From the NCBI GenBank assembly GCA_964252035.1, contig OZ176200.1: a stretch of 64,000 nt of DNA, one strand, 5' to 3'. The stretch's first letter is position 1. Each line of letters starts with the position of its first letter. The notes under the pieces are model-generated. The model saw nothing but the letters and a program-made list of their open reading frames with translations. It was not told the origin of the DNA and did no database searches. This DNA comes from Podarcis erhardii. Taxonomy: Eukaryota. Positions 11,672 to 25,355 of the stretch are shown here, piece by piece. The translations under genes and the position numbers were made by a program.

Positions 11672-14600
11672 CACACGTGCTCTGATACCATTGACAGCAA
11701 AAACAGAAACCTAAGCAGTCTGGCAATGTTCTGAATATCAGATTTTATAAAAGAATGTATTCAGAACCACCATAAAATTGTCTGAAGGCAAGAACGAACT
11801 GTCGTATAGTTCTAACCTACTTCTTATCTATTAGAGAACAGGAGAGGAGGTAAATAGGTGCACATCAGAAATGACAGCTTTTACATTCAAATGTTCGCAG
11901 CCATGGCCTTAGTTTCATAAATCACTCTTTACTTGCCTGTGACCAGGCCCATCCAATAGGAGAGGCTGTGAAACAAACTGCTCCAACTTCTATAGAAAGG
12001 AAGTTTTGCCAGAAATCAGACTGAGTTCCTTTTGCCTGGCTTTCACCATGTACGCCATTGTCTCTAAAGCTGGGATGAAAATGACCGCATGTGCAACTTG
12101 TTCAAGACATTCTGAGTGACTCCTCTCATCAGGAAAGATACAGCTTCTCCCGATATATCTCATTTTTTTTCTTTCAATAATGGACAATGTGGGCCTCTCA
12201 GCAGAGCAGATGCCAACAGGTTATGTTCGAGATATGATCGATTACAGACTCGAATCAAAACTTTCAAAATAATATTTGCAGAGAAAAGCAATTTTGCTTC
12301 CCCAGCCTTAACTATGTGAAGAATTTATCAGAGGCTGCTCCAAAACCAGCTGCCCCTTTCAGATGAGTGTGCTCGCCACGCTTTCTTAGCGAGTGTATAT
12401 GCTAGGTTTTCTTGGATTTGGAACAATGAAAACATTTTTTTTAACTCATTGAACAAAGATTTCCCCAGCAACAGACCCCCCGCTCAGCAGGTCACCTATC
12501 CTTGCGACAGTTTTTCTTTTCCCACGCTAACCCTAGGGCTCATTTGCATAAGGTCTCTGTTGTGACAATTAGTTTCAGGTGAGCTGATTTCTATGAAGCT
12601 TGCCCAAGACGATACACAAGCTCTGGGCCTCCCTGATCCTGGGCCTAATTGCGACTGACTGGCACCAGACACAATCACCCTCTTGATGCAGCAAATTGTC
12701 CTGCAAGTAGCTTGTTGTGACCCTGCAACGCACAAATCATATCATGTCAGACTGGCATGGTAAACAGCAGATAAAATGAAATTAGGGGAAAGACATTTAA
12801 AAGAGAGAGAGGGGGGGGAAATACCTTCAATATATTATGTCAAACTTTTGTTATTCAGAGAAATCACAAATTTGTGCTGTGGAAGAAGCAGTCTTAATGA
12901 CCAAGTATTGAAACTTGATTTAAAAAAATAAAAAATAAAATAAAATCATGTTTGGATGATTTTAGTGGGTAAAGGGGGTTGTGAAATGCTTTCTTCCAAA
13001 AATTTCCCTCTGTGGTGTTGGGAAAGGGGGCAACAAGCTACAGGGTATATCAACAGCCAGGTTAGCAGAGAGCTTTGTCATTTCCGCAAAGTAAAACAAC
13101 AACAACAACCCACAAAAGCAGTCAAAGCCAATGAATATTAACTCTGCGCACAGCAGCCAAAGTAATGCTAGAACTTTTTCTTTCTCCTAAGACTAGCAAA
13201 AAGACAGCAAAGGGAGAGAGCATCAGCAAGGGCTTTTCAGAAGGGCGGTTTTCCAAAGCTGCTGCTTCCCTGTCCACTATTTGCTTTAATGCCGACGTGA
13301 ATGTTTCTTTTTGTCAACTTGGTTCCGCTTGGCGTTACAGTCAATCCACCAACTACAGAACTGCCTCTCAGATAGATGGGGAAGGCTAAAGCCTACTCTT
13401 TTGATCCGCCTGCAAAAGCCATGCTGAACCCAATCCAAGATTTGATTGAGACAAAAAAGAAAGAGTAAACCTTCACCAAATCAAACACAACAAAATCACA
13501 GCATGCCACAAGAGCACCACTCTTCATCCCTAAATTGATCAGCCTTGTGGGTCATATCTTATGCAGTCCACTTCTTCCATAATTCAGTCTACAGAAACTT
13601 ACACCTTGTGCCTAATGTATCATAAACTGGAATAGGCTTTGGCCCTGTGTTTGATTTTGGTCTTTATAAACAGAAGAGATGGGTTCTGCAAAATGTATTA
13701 TTCACACAAGGGCTGAAAGTATTCACCCACAGTTGTTCAGATCTTAGTTTTGATGTCAGACTTAGGCAATTCCCTTGGACTACTGATTTTAGTGAGCAAA
13801 GGGGTTAAACATTTGCCCACTGCAGATATTTATAAAATGGCTGTTCAGATGGATTAAGCCCATTAACACTGGATTAACTCTGGTTAGCTAGGGAAGTTCT
13901 GGCATTATCTCCAAATGAACAACAAGATCTTAAAATTTTCAGCAGAATGCAACTCACTGGAGATTTTTCCTGCATAAGCACCATTGAAATGATGCAAGAA
14001 TACTACAGTGTTTTTGCATGGCTCCCATTCATACCAATGGGGATTGCACAAAGATTTACAGTGGATTGTGATCTGTTAAAATATCTTCCATATCGGTGGA
14101 GCAGCCAATATCAAAATGTCACAAATTCACATTTGTTGACATGTTCAGTTTTGGGTTGAGAACTGTGGCTAAAGGGGGCTTCTGAAGCCAGCTGCCCTCT
14201 GCTAATTTTGTAATCCTATAACATGATAATGGGCAAACTGGTCTTTTTGAAATATAGAAGAAGGAATTTCAAAAAGTCACCTCTGTGCTGAGATCAGCAA
14301 TCCCCTGTTCTAGCCTAGGGAAATTTTCATATTCTTGGTGACATAAGGCCTAATTCTTCTTGCCCTAGGACAAATCCATTGGATCAAATGGCACTACTCC
14401 CGATTTACATACCTCCGAGATACAAATGCACCATCTTTAATTTTATTACCCCATTTAACAGCAGTTACAAATGAAGGAGGAATACAGTCTGTTAACAGAA
14501 GGGCTGAGCTAAGTGTAGGTAGCTGATTTTAGTATAGCGTTCTGCATAAAAGAAATACTGCAGCCACCACAGCCTACAAAACCAAAAACTCCTGTAACTG

Positions 14601-17495
14601 CCCTTATCTTTCCCTGGACTATAAGAGGGAAATCGAAATAGTTATTCAAGGTAGAAATGGCTTCTAAGCATAGAGGAAGAGCAAATGCTTCCCTGTGTAG
14701 CTACTTACTGTGGCCATTTGTATCTTTAATACACAGAACTTTCTGCAACATAACGCCGGCCAGTATACATTCCAATTCTTCATTCCTCCCATTACCCCAT
14801 TCTTAAGTATTAGTTCTCACAAAGAGCAGATAATATGATAGTAAACCTGTTCCCAGGATCAAGGTGCTGGTGGGGGCCTTTTTTTTAATGGAATACTTCC
14901 CCATACAATCAAAAAACCAACACAGGAAACTGGAAGTGAGGGAGGAAAGTTCTAGTATAGCACTCGTCCCTCACATACTAGTTTCCTATGTATGGAGGAA
15001 TATTTTTTCTATTTTGGAGTATTTTAGTGATATGAGCCTCACACGTGTAGTCTGAAATGATGCTATCCAGGCCCAGGATGGATCACCTCACCTGTGCTTG
15101 TTGAGAAATGAGACCAGCTCCCAACGTTTTTCACAGGCTCTTTCTCACCCATTACAGTTCTGCTCCCTTCCCTATCAAACTGACAAACCCCATCCAGTTT
15201 TAACCCTCCAATAAGTCTCCTCACTTCTGAGCCTTTTCCCTTGCACTTACATCTTTCGCAAGGTTGGCTGTTAGGGGTTTCAAGTAGCAGCTGATACACA
15301 GGTTCTGCACTCGCCAAAGAACGAGCCCTCCTCCTCCCTGGACGCAATTTACGGCGAGTCTCATGGTGCATTTTTGTCTTTAGTTCTCCCTAAAAGCATT
15401 TTCTGGCTGCTCTAGAAACAGAAATGATGAACCCCAAGTCCACCCACAATGGAATTGGGTGCACAAAACTTTGAGAGCGCAACACATGTTGCTACTTGGT
15501 TTATTGTTGCTCCAACGCTTTGCCTGTTGTCTTCTTCCTGTGCCTTTTTCTTTCTGATCGCACCCACCCACCCCGCTCCAGAAGAAAACAAGATTCCTGA
15601 AATCTGGAAAGGAAAGAGAGGGTGTGCTAATGACTCAGTAGGAGGCACTCTCTCCTCTGAGTCAATCCTATTCCAGAAGGAGCTACATAGCATTTGAAGG
15701 GTGCTGTGCAGCTGCAGGTGCTGCCTTTCCTGTGCACCATATAATTAAGGCCTTTTGGGTTACTATAGATACCTTAGTCTTTTTTGCAGTAGTAAGTGTG
15801 CCTAGCAAAGCTCAAACTGGTGTAATTATCTGGCGTTTTCATCCTTGATGACTCAAAGGGCCACACTCTTCTTATTCACTTTCTATCCTAAACTCTGGTG
15901 GAAGGGTGCCAGGGTGTCATCTTAAATAGTTTTCTTGGGATGACTTTAATGCAGCAGTTCAGTTAAATATTGTCTGGATGAGCATCATGTGACCTTACAG
16001 TCTCATGTGCAATTCTAGCTATAAGCCATGTTTGATGACCACCAGAAATAGCTGAAAGTGGCCTTACATTGAGCAGACTGGAGGGAAGGGCATGTGAGTT
16101 GGTGTACATCATAAAGTTGGCATTATGCGCATTAAAGAGCTACTTCCTGGCTTTGGGGGCCAATCAAAAAGAACAATCAAGATGCTACAGTTCTGTACAT
16201 GCTTAGTTGGGAATATGTCCCACATGAAGATGAGACATAACCACTGAGTTAAAGTCAACCTATTGGTGAATTATTATTCCTGGCAGATTTAGCCGTCACA
16301 ATGCACTTCCTGACTGTAAGCAGTGGGGGAAGACAGCCACAAAACTGGCAAACTTGCTGTTGCTAATAGTTGCTTGATCTAGCTAAATAAGTCATTATTT
16401 CTTGGTTATAGTTTAACTTGACAGCTACTTTCTTCCTTAATTCCTGGTGGTACAGAACAAATGGCACAACTCAATATGGAAGTTTATCTGTCAACATGAT
16501 GCCAAATTTTGAGGTAAACAGTAAATTATCAGTTTTTTTTTATTGTTTTGTTTTGCTGGAGGGACATATTTGAAAAGGTGTGTTGATAAAATTAAAAGTA
16601 ATTTGAAGGCATGTCATGAAACGATCAAGGTGCAACATTGTCTTTTTGTCAGTGTCATTCTTGCACACACAATTATTTTCTTTCACTCTCACCGACCTAC
16701 CTCAAACAAAGCATCAGATTCTGAATTTCCTACACATTGGTACAAACCACTGTGGGGGCAGAAGGAAAGGAGGACTGGCTACCTACCACTAAGTAAAATG
16801 AAACTGCAAAGAGGAAATAAAAAAATACAAATGGATCAAATATAAGGGAATGTTGGTTAAAATATCCCATAAATAATACTTTCAGAGTTAAAATTACTCT
16901 GAGAACAGAACTAAGGCGGGGTTTCAATGAAGCATGCAGTCTTGATTGAAATGGCGTAGGGGCGACTTTTTCCACTTCTGTGCGTACAGAAACATCACTA
17001 TCTCTCTCACTCTCTGTGTGTATCTATATATTTTAATGTAAAACTACATTGATCATAGTTTTGATTATGAAACTCACTTTTCCCCAAAAGAGCAATGACA
17101 GCGATCTTTAATGTAATAATTTATTTTATTTTATTGCCGAATGCCTTGGGCTCCTTTCCCCTTTCTTTCTTTCTTCCCTTCATTCCACCAACTGAGAGAC
17201 AATTCTTTGTATGTTGAAACGTGCAATTATCATGTATCCAAAAAGGAGGGTGTAATTTTCACATCTGATTACAAGGGAAGAGTGTAAGAGAAGCTGCCTC
17301 GGTAAACATACACTTGTTTACAGAGCAATACCCTTGATATTAAAATCTTCAAAAAAACACATGAACCACTGAAGTGGGGGGGGGGGGCAAGATTGCCATG
17401 CGGCAAAGCAAAAACTAAGCATTTCTCTCTTGGCGTGGCTAGAAATGGAAAAGTCAGGTCTTCTGAACTTACTTCAGGTGATTGCTAAGAAGATA

Positions 17496-17584
17496 TGCAG
17501 CCCAATTTTATTTGCGGTTACTCAGAGTTTAAGTCCCACTGAATTAAATGGAACTACCATGTAAGTGTACATAGGATCATGGCC
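17496..17584. repeat. Short palindromic interspersed repeat, degenerate copy
   Basis: gcagcccaat...ttactcagagtttaagtcccactgaattaaatggaact...gtaagtgtacataggatc. Confidence 0.55.
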
Positions 17585-18858
17585 TTGCAGCATGTTTTTG
17601 TTGCATGGTGAGCTAAGGAGTTTATGCTGTTTTTTTAACCTGCTAATAATTCTAAGTTAGTCCTTTGTAAACCCACGTCCTTTTCTTTTAAAATGGTGTG
17701 TTTTTCCTGTCACTTATTATTATTATTTTTTACTCTTCCCCATCCACCCCCCCCCCACCTCATGTCTTCATTTTTGGTGTGTGCTGATTTACCTTTGATA
17801 AGATGAGCTTCTGAGTATAAGAAATTATTTTTGCTGTCATGTAGGAAGAGATGCTATCTTGGAAAACACAGTGCAGTTTACAGATTGCTTAGTAAGGAGA
17901 TCAGAGATAGTGGGAAGAGAGATCGCACAACAGGTAAGGTTAGAAAACATGCCCCGAAGCTGAAAGTGATACAAGCAGCCTTTTAAAATGATATAATAAA
18001 AAACAATTGCCGTGGTGCAATTGTGGGCATTTTAGAAAGCACTTTCTAAACTACCTTGTGAGGACCAATACTGGAAATTAAAGCACAGCAACCCCATTCT
18101 TAAGCAGGAACAAAAAGGAAAATATAGACAGGCCCGGATTTCTTAGGGAAGGAAAGGGACCTCATGCATTGCATAAACAAAATGATTATTTTATAAGGCT
18201 AAAGGCATCTGGGGTGGAATTTTTTTAATATATGGAAGAATTGATTTTATCTGGGCATGAAGACTAGTTTAAGCCAAGGAGAACTTGAAACACTGTTGTT
18301 ATTGGGGTGGGGAATTAAGGGGAAAGCAATGGTTGTTCTCTTCAAATGTTCTCTTCTTTGAAAACCTACCTTGTGGTCCACTTTTTCCATAAAACAACGT
18401 TCCTGGTTCAGAAATCCGCTTGCCAACAGCGGTTTGATTTGGGATCAGCTTTTATAGGGCAACCCTGAGAAGAGCAGCCTGGTTATTTAAAAAGAGAAAA
18501 GTATCGTCTAATATCCACTTGTAATCACAATTACTGTCCAAGTGTTTGTGGTGTCTTCAGAGGTCTATGTGAAATCAGAGGCAGTCTGCACTTTCCATCC
18601 TGTTCGCTCTGCAGTTTGTTCTGCATGCTTCCATTGAACTTTAGCAGAACTACTGCTACTACTGTATCACTGAAGAGACAAATCTATTGTAATAGCGACT
18701 TCGTAGCCCACTTCAGCAGAGTTATGAAAGGGTCTAAGAAGATTGTATGATGGGTATCTGTGCCCATGTACCTCTCTATTTAGTGCAGGTGGTTTTATCC
18801 ATGCAACTAGCTTTAGTATTCCTGAAAATGCCTTCCTTAAGACATCCATAATCTTATA

Positions 18859-19100
18859 CAGTGGTACCTCGGGTTACATACGCTTCAGGTTACATACGCT
18901 TCAGGTTACAGACTCCGCCAACCCAGAAATAGTGCTTCAGGTTAAGAACTTTGCTTCAGGATGAGAACAGAAATCGTGCTCTGGCGGCGCGGCGGCAGCA
19001 GGAGGCCCCATTAGCTAAAGTGGTGCTTCAGGTTAAGAACAGTTTCAGGTTAAGTATGGACTTCCGGAATGAATTAAGTACTTAATCTGAGGTACCACTG
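18859..19100. mobile_element. Tc1/mariner-superfamily (pogo/Tigger-like) MITE, 242 bp
   Basis: TA target-site duplication at 18857-18858 and 19101-19102. TIR CAGTGGTACCTC is perfect over 12 bp and extends to ~18 bp with mismatches. Confidence 0.9.
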
Positions 19101-21010
19101 TATTAGGGGAAGTCCGTTTTGTAATAGGAGGGCTTCAACAAGTTTCCAGGATTAAAGTTTTTTTTGTCTATTCCACATACGCAGAAAACCTGATTTTTAT
19201 TTACATGAAAAGGACTCAAAAAGCTAAAAATTGTAACACCCCCTTCCCCCTTCTTTATATGTGAACTGGGCAGGCAGGTGAATGACCAACATGTCTCCCT
19301 GTGTCATGTGCAGTTTGGTCCTTAGTTTATAGGAGAAAGGCAGACTCAAGCTCTTAACACAGCAGCCTGTTTCTCTAACTGTGTGGCACTATCATTAGTT
19401 AGGCATTGGTGTCTTCACAGTTGAAACACTAGTAGAACTAACTCATATAAATATGGGCTGACTGTCAAATAAAATGGGCCATAACCCTTAAATGAAATTC
19501 TGTACATTATTATGTATGTCAGTGGAAGAAGTCACAGCATAGAATATGGTGCATTGGTGTTTGGATTGTGTGGGTGTATTTGGTGTCTAGTGCAATTCTC
19601 TCCACCCCCCACCCTGCATAGCCTCAACGTATTTAAAACAACGAATTAATATATCTTCAGAACCCCAATCAATGCTGAGAATGCACTTTCATTTTTCACA
19701 GAGTTGTTAGAGTACATTTGCTTATATTTTGCACCATTTTAATTTAACCATATTGATCAAAATAAGCACTCAATACAACCTTAGGCACCTAAGCCTTATT
19801 AAAATTAGTCAACTTGAAGCAAGTGACCTGAGGAAGAAAATTGCTCAGGGATTTTATATGCAGAGAACCCAACTTACATAAATACCTGTTAATGAAATAA
19901 ATCTCTTAAGTGAATACGTTTTCTTTAGACTGAACTTGAACACACAGGAAATGCCCGTGAGGCCCTTTAGGTGACAAGCTCATGTGTGAATATGCAAGTT
20001 TTAAAAGTCCATTTTTATCACTAATCACAAGCCTGCTTTGTGTTTTCCCTCCTGTTATTAGAATTAAGAAAGACTGCACCTGTTACTGTTGTGAGATCCT
20101 CTGTTGCTAAACTGTTGAAACTGCACATACAATTATATTCAGTTGCATATCATATAATTTGTCTATATAATATACTGAGGGAATAGTACAATGGTTCTTC
20201 TGGGTAACTCACCCACTCATTTTGTCCCTGTGCAAATTAGTTAGGCCGCACTCCTAGCACTTGCATAAGAGGGGGGGGGGCAGAAAGAGATAAATAAAAT
20301 AAAATCCAAGCTTCCCCCCCCCCCGACTAGTTTATGCTCTAACAAATAATATGTTTTCCTGCTACAAAAGTTGCCACATTTCTTCAGCCGGGTTGAGAGG
20401 CATAATTAAAACACAAGCTCTCAGGGCTGGCTTTAACAGTGATTTGCAATACACCCCTTTTGACACATTCTAGTTCAAAAATATTGTTTTCAGAAACATT
20501 GCTGTTTCTTGAAGGGGGGGTTGCTGAAGTGATGCTACACAGCATTTTAAACTGATTAATCCTGTCTTTCCTCAGAGGACTTGACCTGCGATGATGTTTT
20601 ATTTTAGTCGAAATGGGACGAGGTGGAGGAGATACAGAATGTAGCCAAGGATAGACGTCTTACTGCAATACCTTTTAATGAACTGAGCCAAAAATGAACG
20701 GTATGATCTTTAGAGATTTCTTCCAACCTGTTTATCAGAGACTGCCTATAGAGATATCTGTGTACTTATATTCTCTCACCCCACCGCCTTGCTCTGCCTC
20801 CTTCTCCAGCCTTGCAAAGGATATTAACTCGTTGCCTAAACAAAATCCCAAATGTGAGTCAGGTCTTGTGGCAGTAGCAACTGCTGTGGTATTGCTGGCC
20901 AGAATTCACCCCAGTAAAACACCAGTGTTATGCTTGCTCTTTTAGAATTCACGAGAAACACACGCATCCACTGAATCTCCAACTCCAACTTTATTTCATT
21001 TATAAATTAC

Positions 21011-21166
21011 NNNNNNNNNNNNNNNNNNNNNNNNNNNNNNNNNNNNNNNNNNNNNNNNNNNNNNNNNNNNNNNNNNNNNNNNNNNNNNNNNNNNNNNNNN
21101 NNNNNNNNNNNNNNNNNNNNNNNNNNNNNNNNNNNNNNNNNNNNNNNNNNNNNNNNNNNNNNNNNN
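21011..21166. other. N block (156 nt)
   Basis: Direct reading. Confidence 0.99.
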
Positions 21167-21980
21167 GGGTGCGCAATAGCGAGGATAGCGAAACACAAAC
21201 ATGGCACGTTCGTTTACACAGGAACACCTGCTTAGCGTGATAGCAGATGTCAGTCAGCAAGAGGAACACAAAAGGGGAAAAAAATACCAACAACAGCAAA
21301 CTCAGAACCATTTTCAAACCAGCGCGGTGAAATCTCCCCAGCAAGAATATAAATGGCTAGGCATTCATTTTACAAATGAAGGAAGCCAGGGCGCCAATGT
21401 GTTGGAAAGTCTCACTTGACTCACTTGAAGACTCAGTTGATTGCAAGACACTCATTTGGAATGTGCAAAATAGCTTGCACCAAATCTATGCTTTGGGGTT
21501 TGGAAACCCATCATTTGGGGTTCAATACTAGACATGTATTAGAAGAAGCAAGCATATAGTGCATAGGGCATATAGATGTATAGCTACATGTATGGTGGTA
21601 CAACATGCATCACCATTGCTTTATAAGTATGAACAACTGGTGGTATATACTTTCTGAACTTTATATGCAAGTAGATATCAGGCTGGGACTTTGCTTCAGT
21701 TCAAAGTTGAAATAATTTTTTGAAATATATTTTATAAAAGCCAAAATGAAATTACCAGCTGGGAAGAATGGGAGTGTCACGTTTTAAAGTTCTGTGCTTC
21801 TATTTTTATGTGGCAACAGGTTGCTTTGTGAAGTGCAGCTCCCCCACCCCCGTATTTAGGACTTAGGGTGTATTATTTTTGCAGTTGGGTATTGATATAC
21901 TCTCTGAACACAATTTGCAGTTAACTATTTTTCCTAAGGATTGTTAGAATTCAGAGTGAATCAACTTACGTAGGTCTGTG

Positions 21981-22230
21981 CATTAAAGACTCCCTAAGTA
22001 TGCATTGACTTGATACCCAGTAATGGCTTCTAAGGAGCCGTTATGTAGTATTGTGTCAATGATCCATGCATTGAGGACTCCCTAAGTACGCATTGACACG
22101 ATAGACCGTAACAGCTCTGAAGAAGCCGTTACGGTCTATCATGACAATGATCTGCAGATATTGGCAGCGCCTCTTGCTCTTTCATAAAGATTGTAAAAGT
22201 CTCTGAAGAAGCTGTTACGATCATGCTGCA
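21981..22230. repeat. Tandem array (~86-88 bp period, ~3 copies) of a 59-nt palindrome
   Basis: gactccctaagta at 21988 and 22076; hairpins at 22003-22061 and 22091-22149; ctctgaagaagc at 22115 and 22201. Confidence 0.85.
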
Positions 22231-23536
22231 AGACTCATCAATCAGATCAATGACAGAGTTTTGCTCTTCCATTTATCTTTGCAGTGCTGTGTTTTCTTTT
22301 TAAGATTGTAGTACCACAGAGGTCAACATACTTAAACATAGCACCTGCCGATGGAGTGGCTTTAGATGTCTGCAGATATGTAGAGTAGAGCAGAAATCTA
22401 CTATTCTTACAATAGAGTCCTATGCATGTTTTATTGGGAGTTTATATGGCTGGATTTGCACTGTGGCTTAAGCCAAGACCAGCCTTTGTATTTCAGACTA
22501 AACTTTTAACACAGAGGATAATATTCATGAGTGTCTTCAGGTGACAATTTCAGCTGTCAATATGCCAGATTAGAAGATCCACATTTCTTGTTCAATACAA
22601 GTCAAGATGAGTTGGTACTCTTATTTCTCAACCTGCTTATGCAGAATATTGTAAAGGTTTTATTAAACAAAATATCTATGAAATTGAAGAAAAAGAATTG
22701 CTATTGAAAGGTTTGCCTCCTATGAGAAACTGTATTGCTTTCCCTCCTTCATGCCTGAGTATAAAACGACAATGTAAACCTTGCAGATATTGCAATTATA
22801 TTGTTGTATGGGACAATATACAAGATATATACACAAGATCAAGATGAACTTTAGAGGCTTTTCCTCTGAATTTCTTGGCATTTTATGGGTTTGTAACAGA
22901 ATTGCAGTATTATTTTGATTCCGCACCCCAACACAAACACAAACACACTGTGTGTTTCACATTATATATAAATGTTTGTGTTTGACGAAATGTCATCCTT
23001 CTTTTCTGAGCTGCTACAGATTCCTATGAAAACATTATGAGTCTCGCCTTTTTGTGGCATCTTTGGCTGATGAAGATGAGAGGAAATGGATTGGAATGTT
23101 CTTTGGGGAAAGAAAGCTCTCAGAATGAAGTTGGACTTTATACATGTTCTAGGACTATAAAAGAATAATTAGATACTCTGCAAGATGTTAGCTTCTGAGA
23201 AAATTTAGATGCTTTATGTACAATTTGAGGGCATAGTTTTTAATTAATTCTTCAGCAGTGGCGTAGCTATCCTACGTGGCACCTTTATTTTGCATACTAT
23301 TTATGATGCATTATCTTTTGCTCTGTTTATCGACATTGCACAGTCTGCCAACTGTCAAAATAGCTCTTTCCCCAATTTAGAATCAAAAGTGAAACACCCT
23401 TCAGTAAGCTATGGCCAAGGAGGGAAAGGAAACCTGAAAGAACTGTGTGCAGAATCATGAACGTCTTGAGATGTCAAGAATGGGACTGTGAGCTGGAATT
23501 TGCCATTGGAATTCTGGATAGGATGTGTAGGACAAA

Positions 23537-23724
23537 GGTCATAGGTCGGTAGTAGAGCGCACGTGTTACATGCAAAATATTCAGGTTCAATCAGTGGCAT
23601 CTCTAGGTAGGCCTACCGAGGACTCCTGCCTGAAACTGTGGAGAGCTGCTTCCACTCAGTGTCAACAATACTGAGCTAAATGCATCAACAATCTGATTTG
23701 GTTTAAAGCCACTTCTTGTGTTTC
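23537..23724 (+). mobile_element. Degenerate tRNA-derived squamate SINE (Squam2-like)
   Basis: tRNA-like head (gtagagc...caggttcaatc), body ctcctgcctgaaactgtggagagctgcttccactcagtgtcaacaatactgagcta and tail cttcttgtgtttcc, matching a common squamate SINE as recalled. Confidence 0.6.
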
Positions 23725-24235
23725 CCAAGAGGAAAGGGAACCATTCTGAACACAAATAACTGGGGCCCAAGGGAAAAAAGGATGAAATATGGAGAAAAAC
23801 TTCCAGCTAAACAACTAACATTGTGTTACTCATTTCATACTAAGTGGATTCCGGAAATGCATGACAAGACAGTAACGAGGTGGTGCTGTGGTGGTAAAAT
23901 GGGTTCTGTAAAAACCAAAGCAGTCATTATCATCCACTGTCTGCTTGCCATCATCCTACGCATTGCAAACCAATCCTTTCGTGGGCTAGGCCAATTAAAC
24001 TACTGAGGTGGAAGTTTCCAAAAGCAGTAGCACACTTGTTTCTAAGGAAGCAACTTCAGAAGTAAAGAAGTACTTGAGATAAGAACTTCCAGAAAGTACC
24101 TCTAGTTGTGATTTACATTCGCTGATTCCCCCCCCCCCCAGCACTGCCCTTTAGATGCTTAGGGAGGTGGGGTCTAATTTGCAAAAGGCTATAAAACATT
24201 AACGGATACTAGGCAAACCCAAAGAATTATAAAGT

Positions 24236-24309
24236 ACGCATACTTGGAATTAAGTCCTACTGAGTTCAACAGGCCTTATTCCCAAGTCAAAGTAGGTAGG
24301 ATTGCAGCC
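24236..24309. repeat. Short palindromic interspersed repeat, degenerate copy
   Basis: gcatacttggaattaagtcctactgagttcaacaggccttattcccaagt...taggattgcagcc. Confidence 0.55.
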
Positions 24310-24819
24310 AAATTAATTTGTCTCTATAGGAATAGTCCATAATAACATGGTAAGAAACAACAAAACAGAATTGAGCAGAAACACAGAACATTTTCCATAA
24401 TTACTAATATGTAATTTGAATCAAGAATCTTTAGTGGCATTAATGACATTTTCTCTTTCCAGGGTAAAACATTCAGTAAGTTGTATGCAACTGTGTGATG
24501 GAAGAGGCTGCCATCAGCAGAAGGGAGAAAGCCATTCCCCAATTCCCTCTATAGCCCTCTATACCACCCCAAATCTGCCCCAGTGTTGGGGTACCTTTGG
24601 GAACAGGTAGAGAACTGCAAAGAGGAAGTAGAATCACCCTAAATTTCCTTCACTGGTGTTCCCAGTTTTGGACACCTCTTCTGGATCAAAACCTCTTCAG
24701 AGAACTTCCAGGAACTCAGAGAAGTTCCATCCAGCCCACTCATGTCTACTTTGACCTGCAACAATTCTCCATGGTCTCTGTCTTTCACATCACATGTTAC
24801 CTGATCCTTGTGTTACTTT

Positions 24820-24925
24820 TTTCATTGTTGTTCATTATTATGTTGTGTATTTCTGTGGTTTTATACTGTAAGCCGCCCTGTGATCCTCAGATAGTGGGCG
24901 GTCTATAGATTTAATAAATAAAAAA
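24820..24925 (+). mobile_element. L2-type LINE/SINE 3' tail remnant
   Basis: T-rich tract followed by gtaagccgccctgtgatcctcagatagtgggcggtctatagatttaataaataaaaaat, a stem-loop plus A-rich tail typical of squamate L2 3' ends. Confidence 0.5.
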
Positions 24926-25355
24926 TATACACATAACTGAACCATGGAGCTTCCATGTGCAATGAACATGATCCAACGAAAACAGGGGTGATCACTTCCA
25001 CCCCTTTTAAGTTGTTTCATGATCTACCTGAAGGTTGTATATTTAACACAGAGCACAGCACAAGGCTCAACAGGTTCCAGTATGTGCCTATGTTCCTTGA
25101 CTCAACTTTACAAAGGAGTGGAGAAATTAATGGATGTCTGGGCCTATTGTTTGCTTTTTTCTGTTTTGCTTAATAGCTGCACCTCTAATACCTGGTAATT
25201 AAAGGCAGTATACTTCTAATTACCAGATGTTGGGAGGGGAGGGGTCAAAGAATAAAGGTTGGTCTCCTCCTCCTTCACAGGGGCAACTGGGAAACAGCTG
25301 CTAGAGTTATGTTGCAGGAATATTTCCATCTTTGGATGCATCAAAGCAACACTTA

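Noticed and set aside
20588-20690. C/D snoRNA-like pair (ATGATG at 20591, CTGA at 20683)
   Set aside because: Imperfect C box, no terminal stem, and it is antisense to the host intron.
22113-22140. CTGAAGA in the hairpin loop resembling a hammerhead core (also CTGATGA-GTGC...GCAC near 45866)
   Set aside because: The required GAAA after stem II is missing in both cases, and no stem I/III can be drawn.
23273-23290. CAGTGGCGTAGC, resembling a hAT terminus
   Set aside because: No matching opposite end or target-site duplication found.
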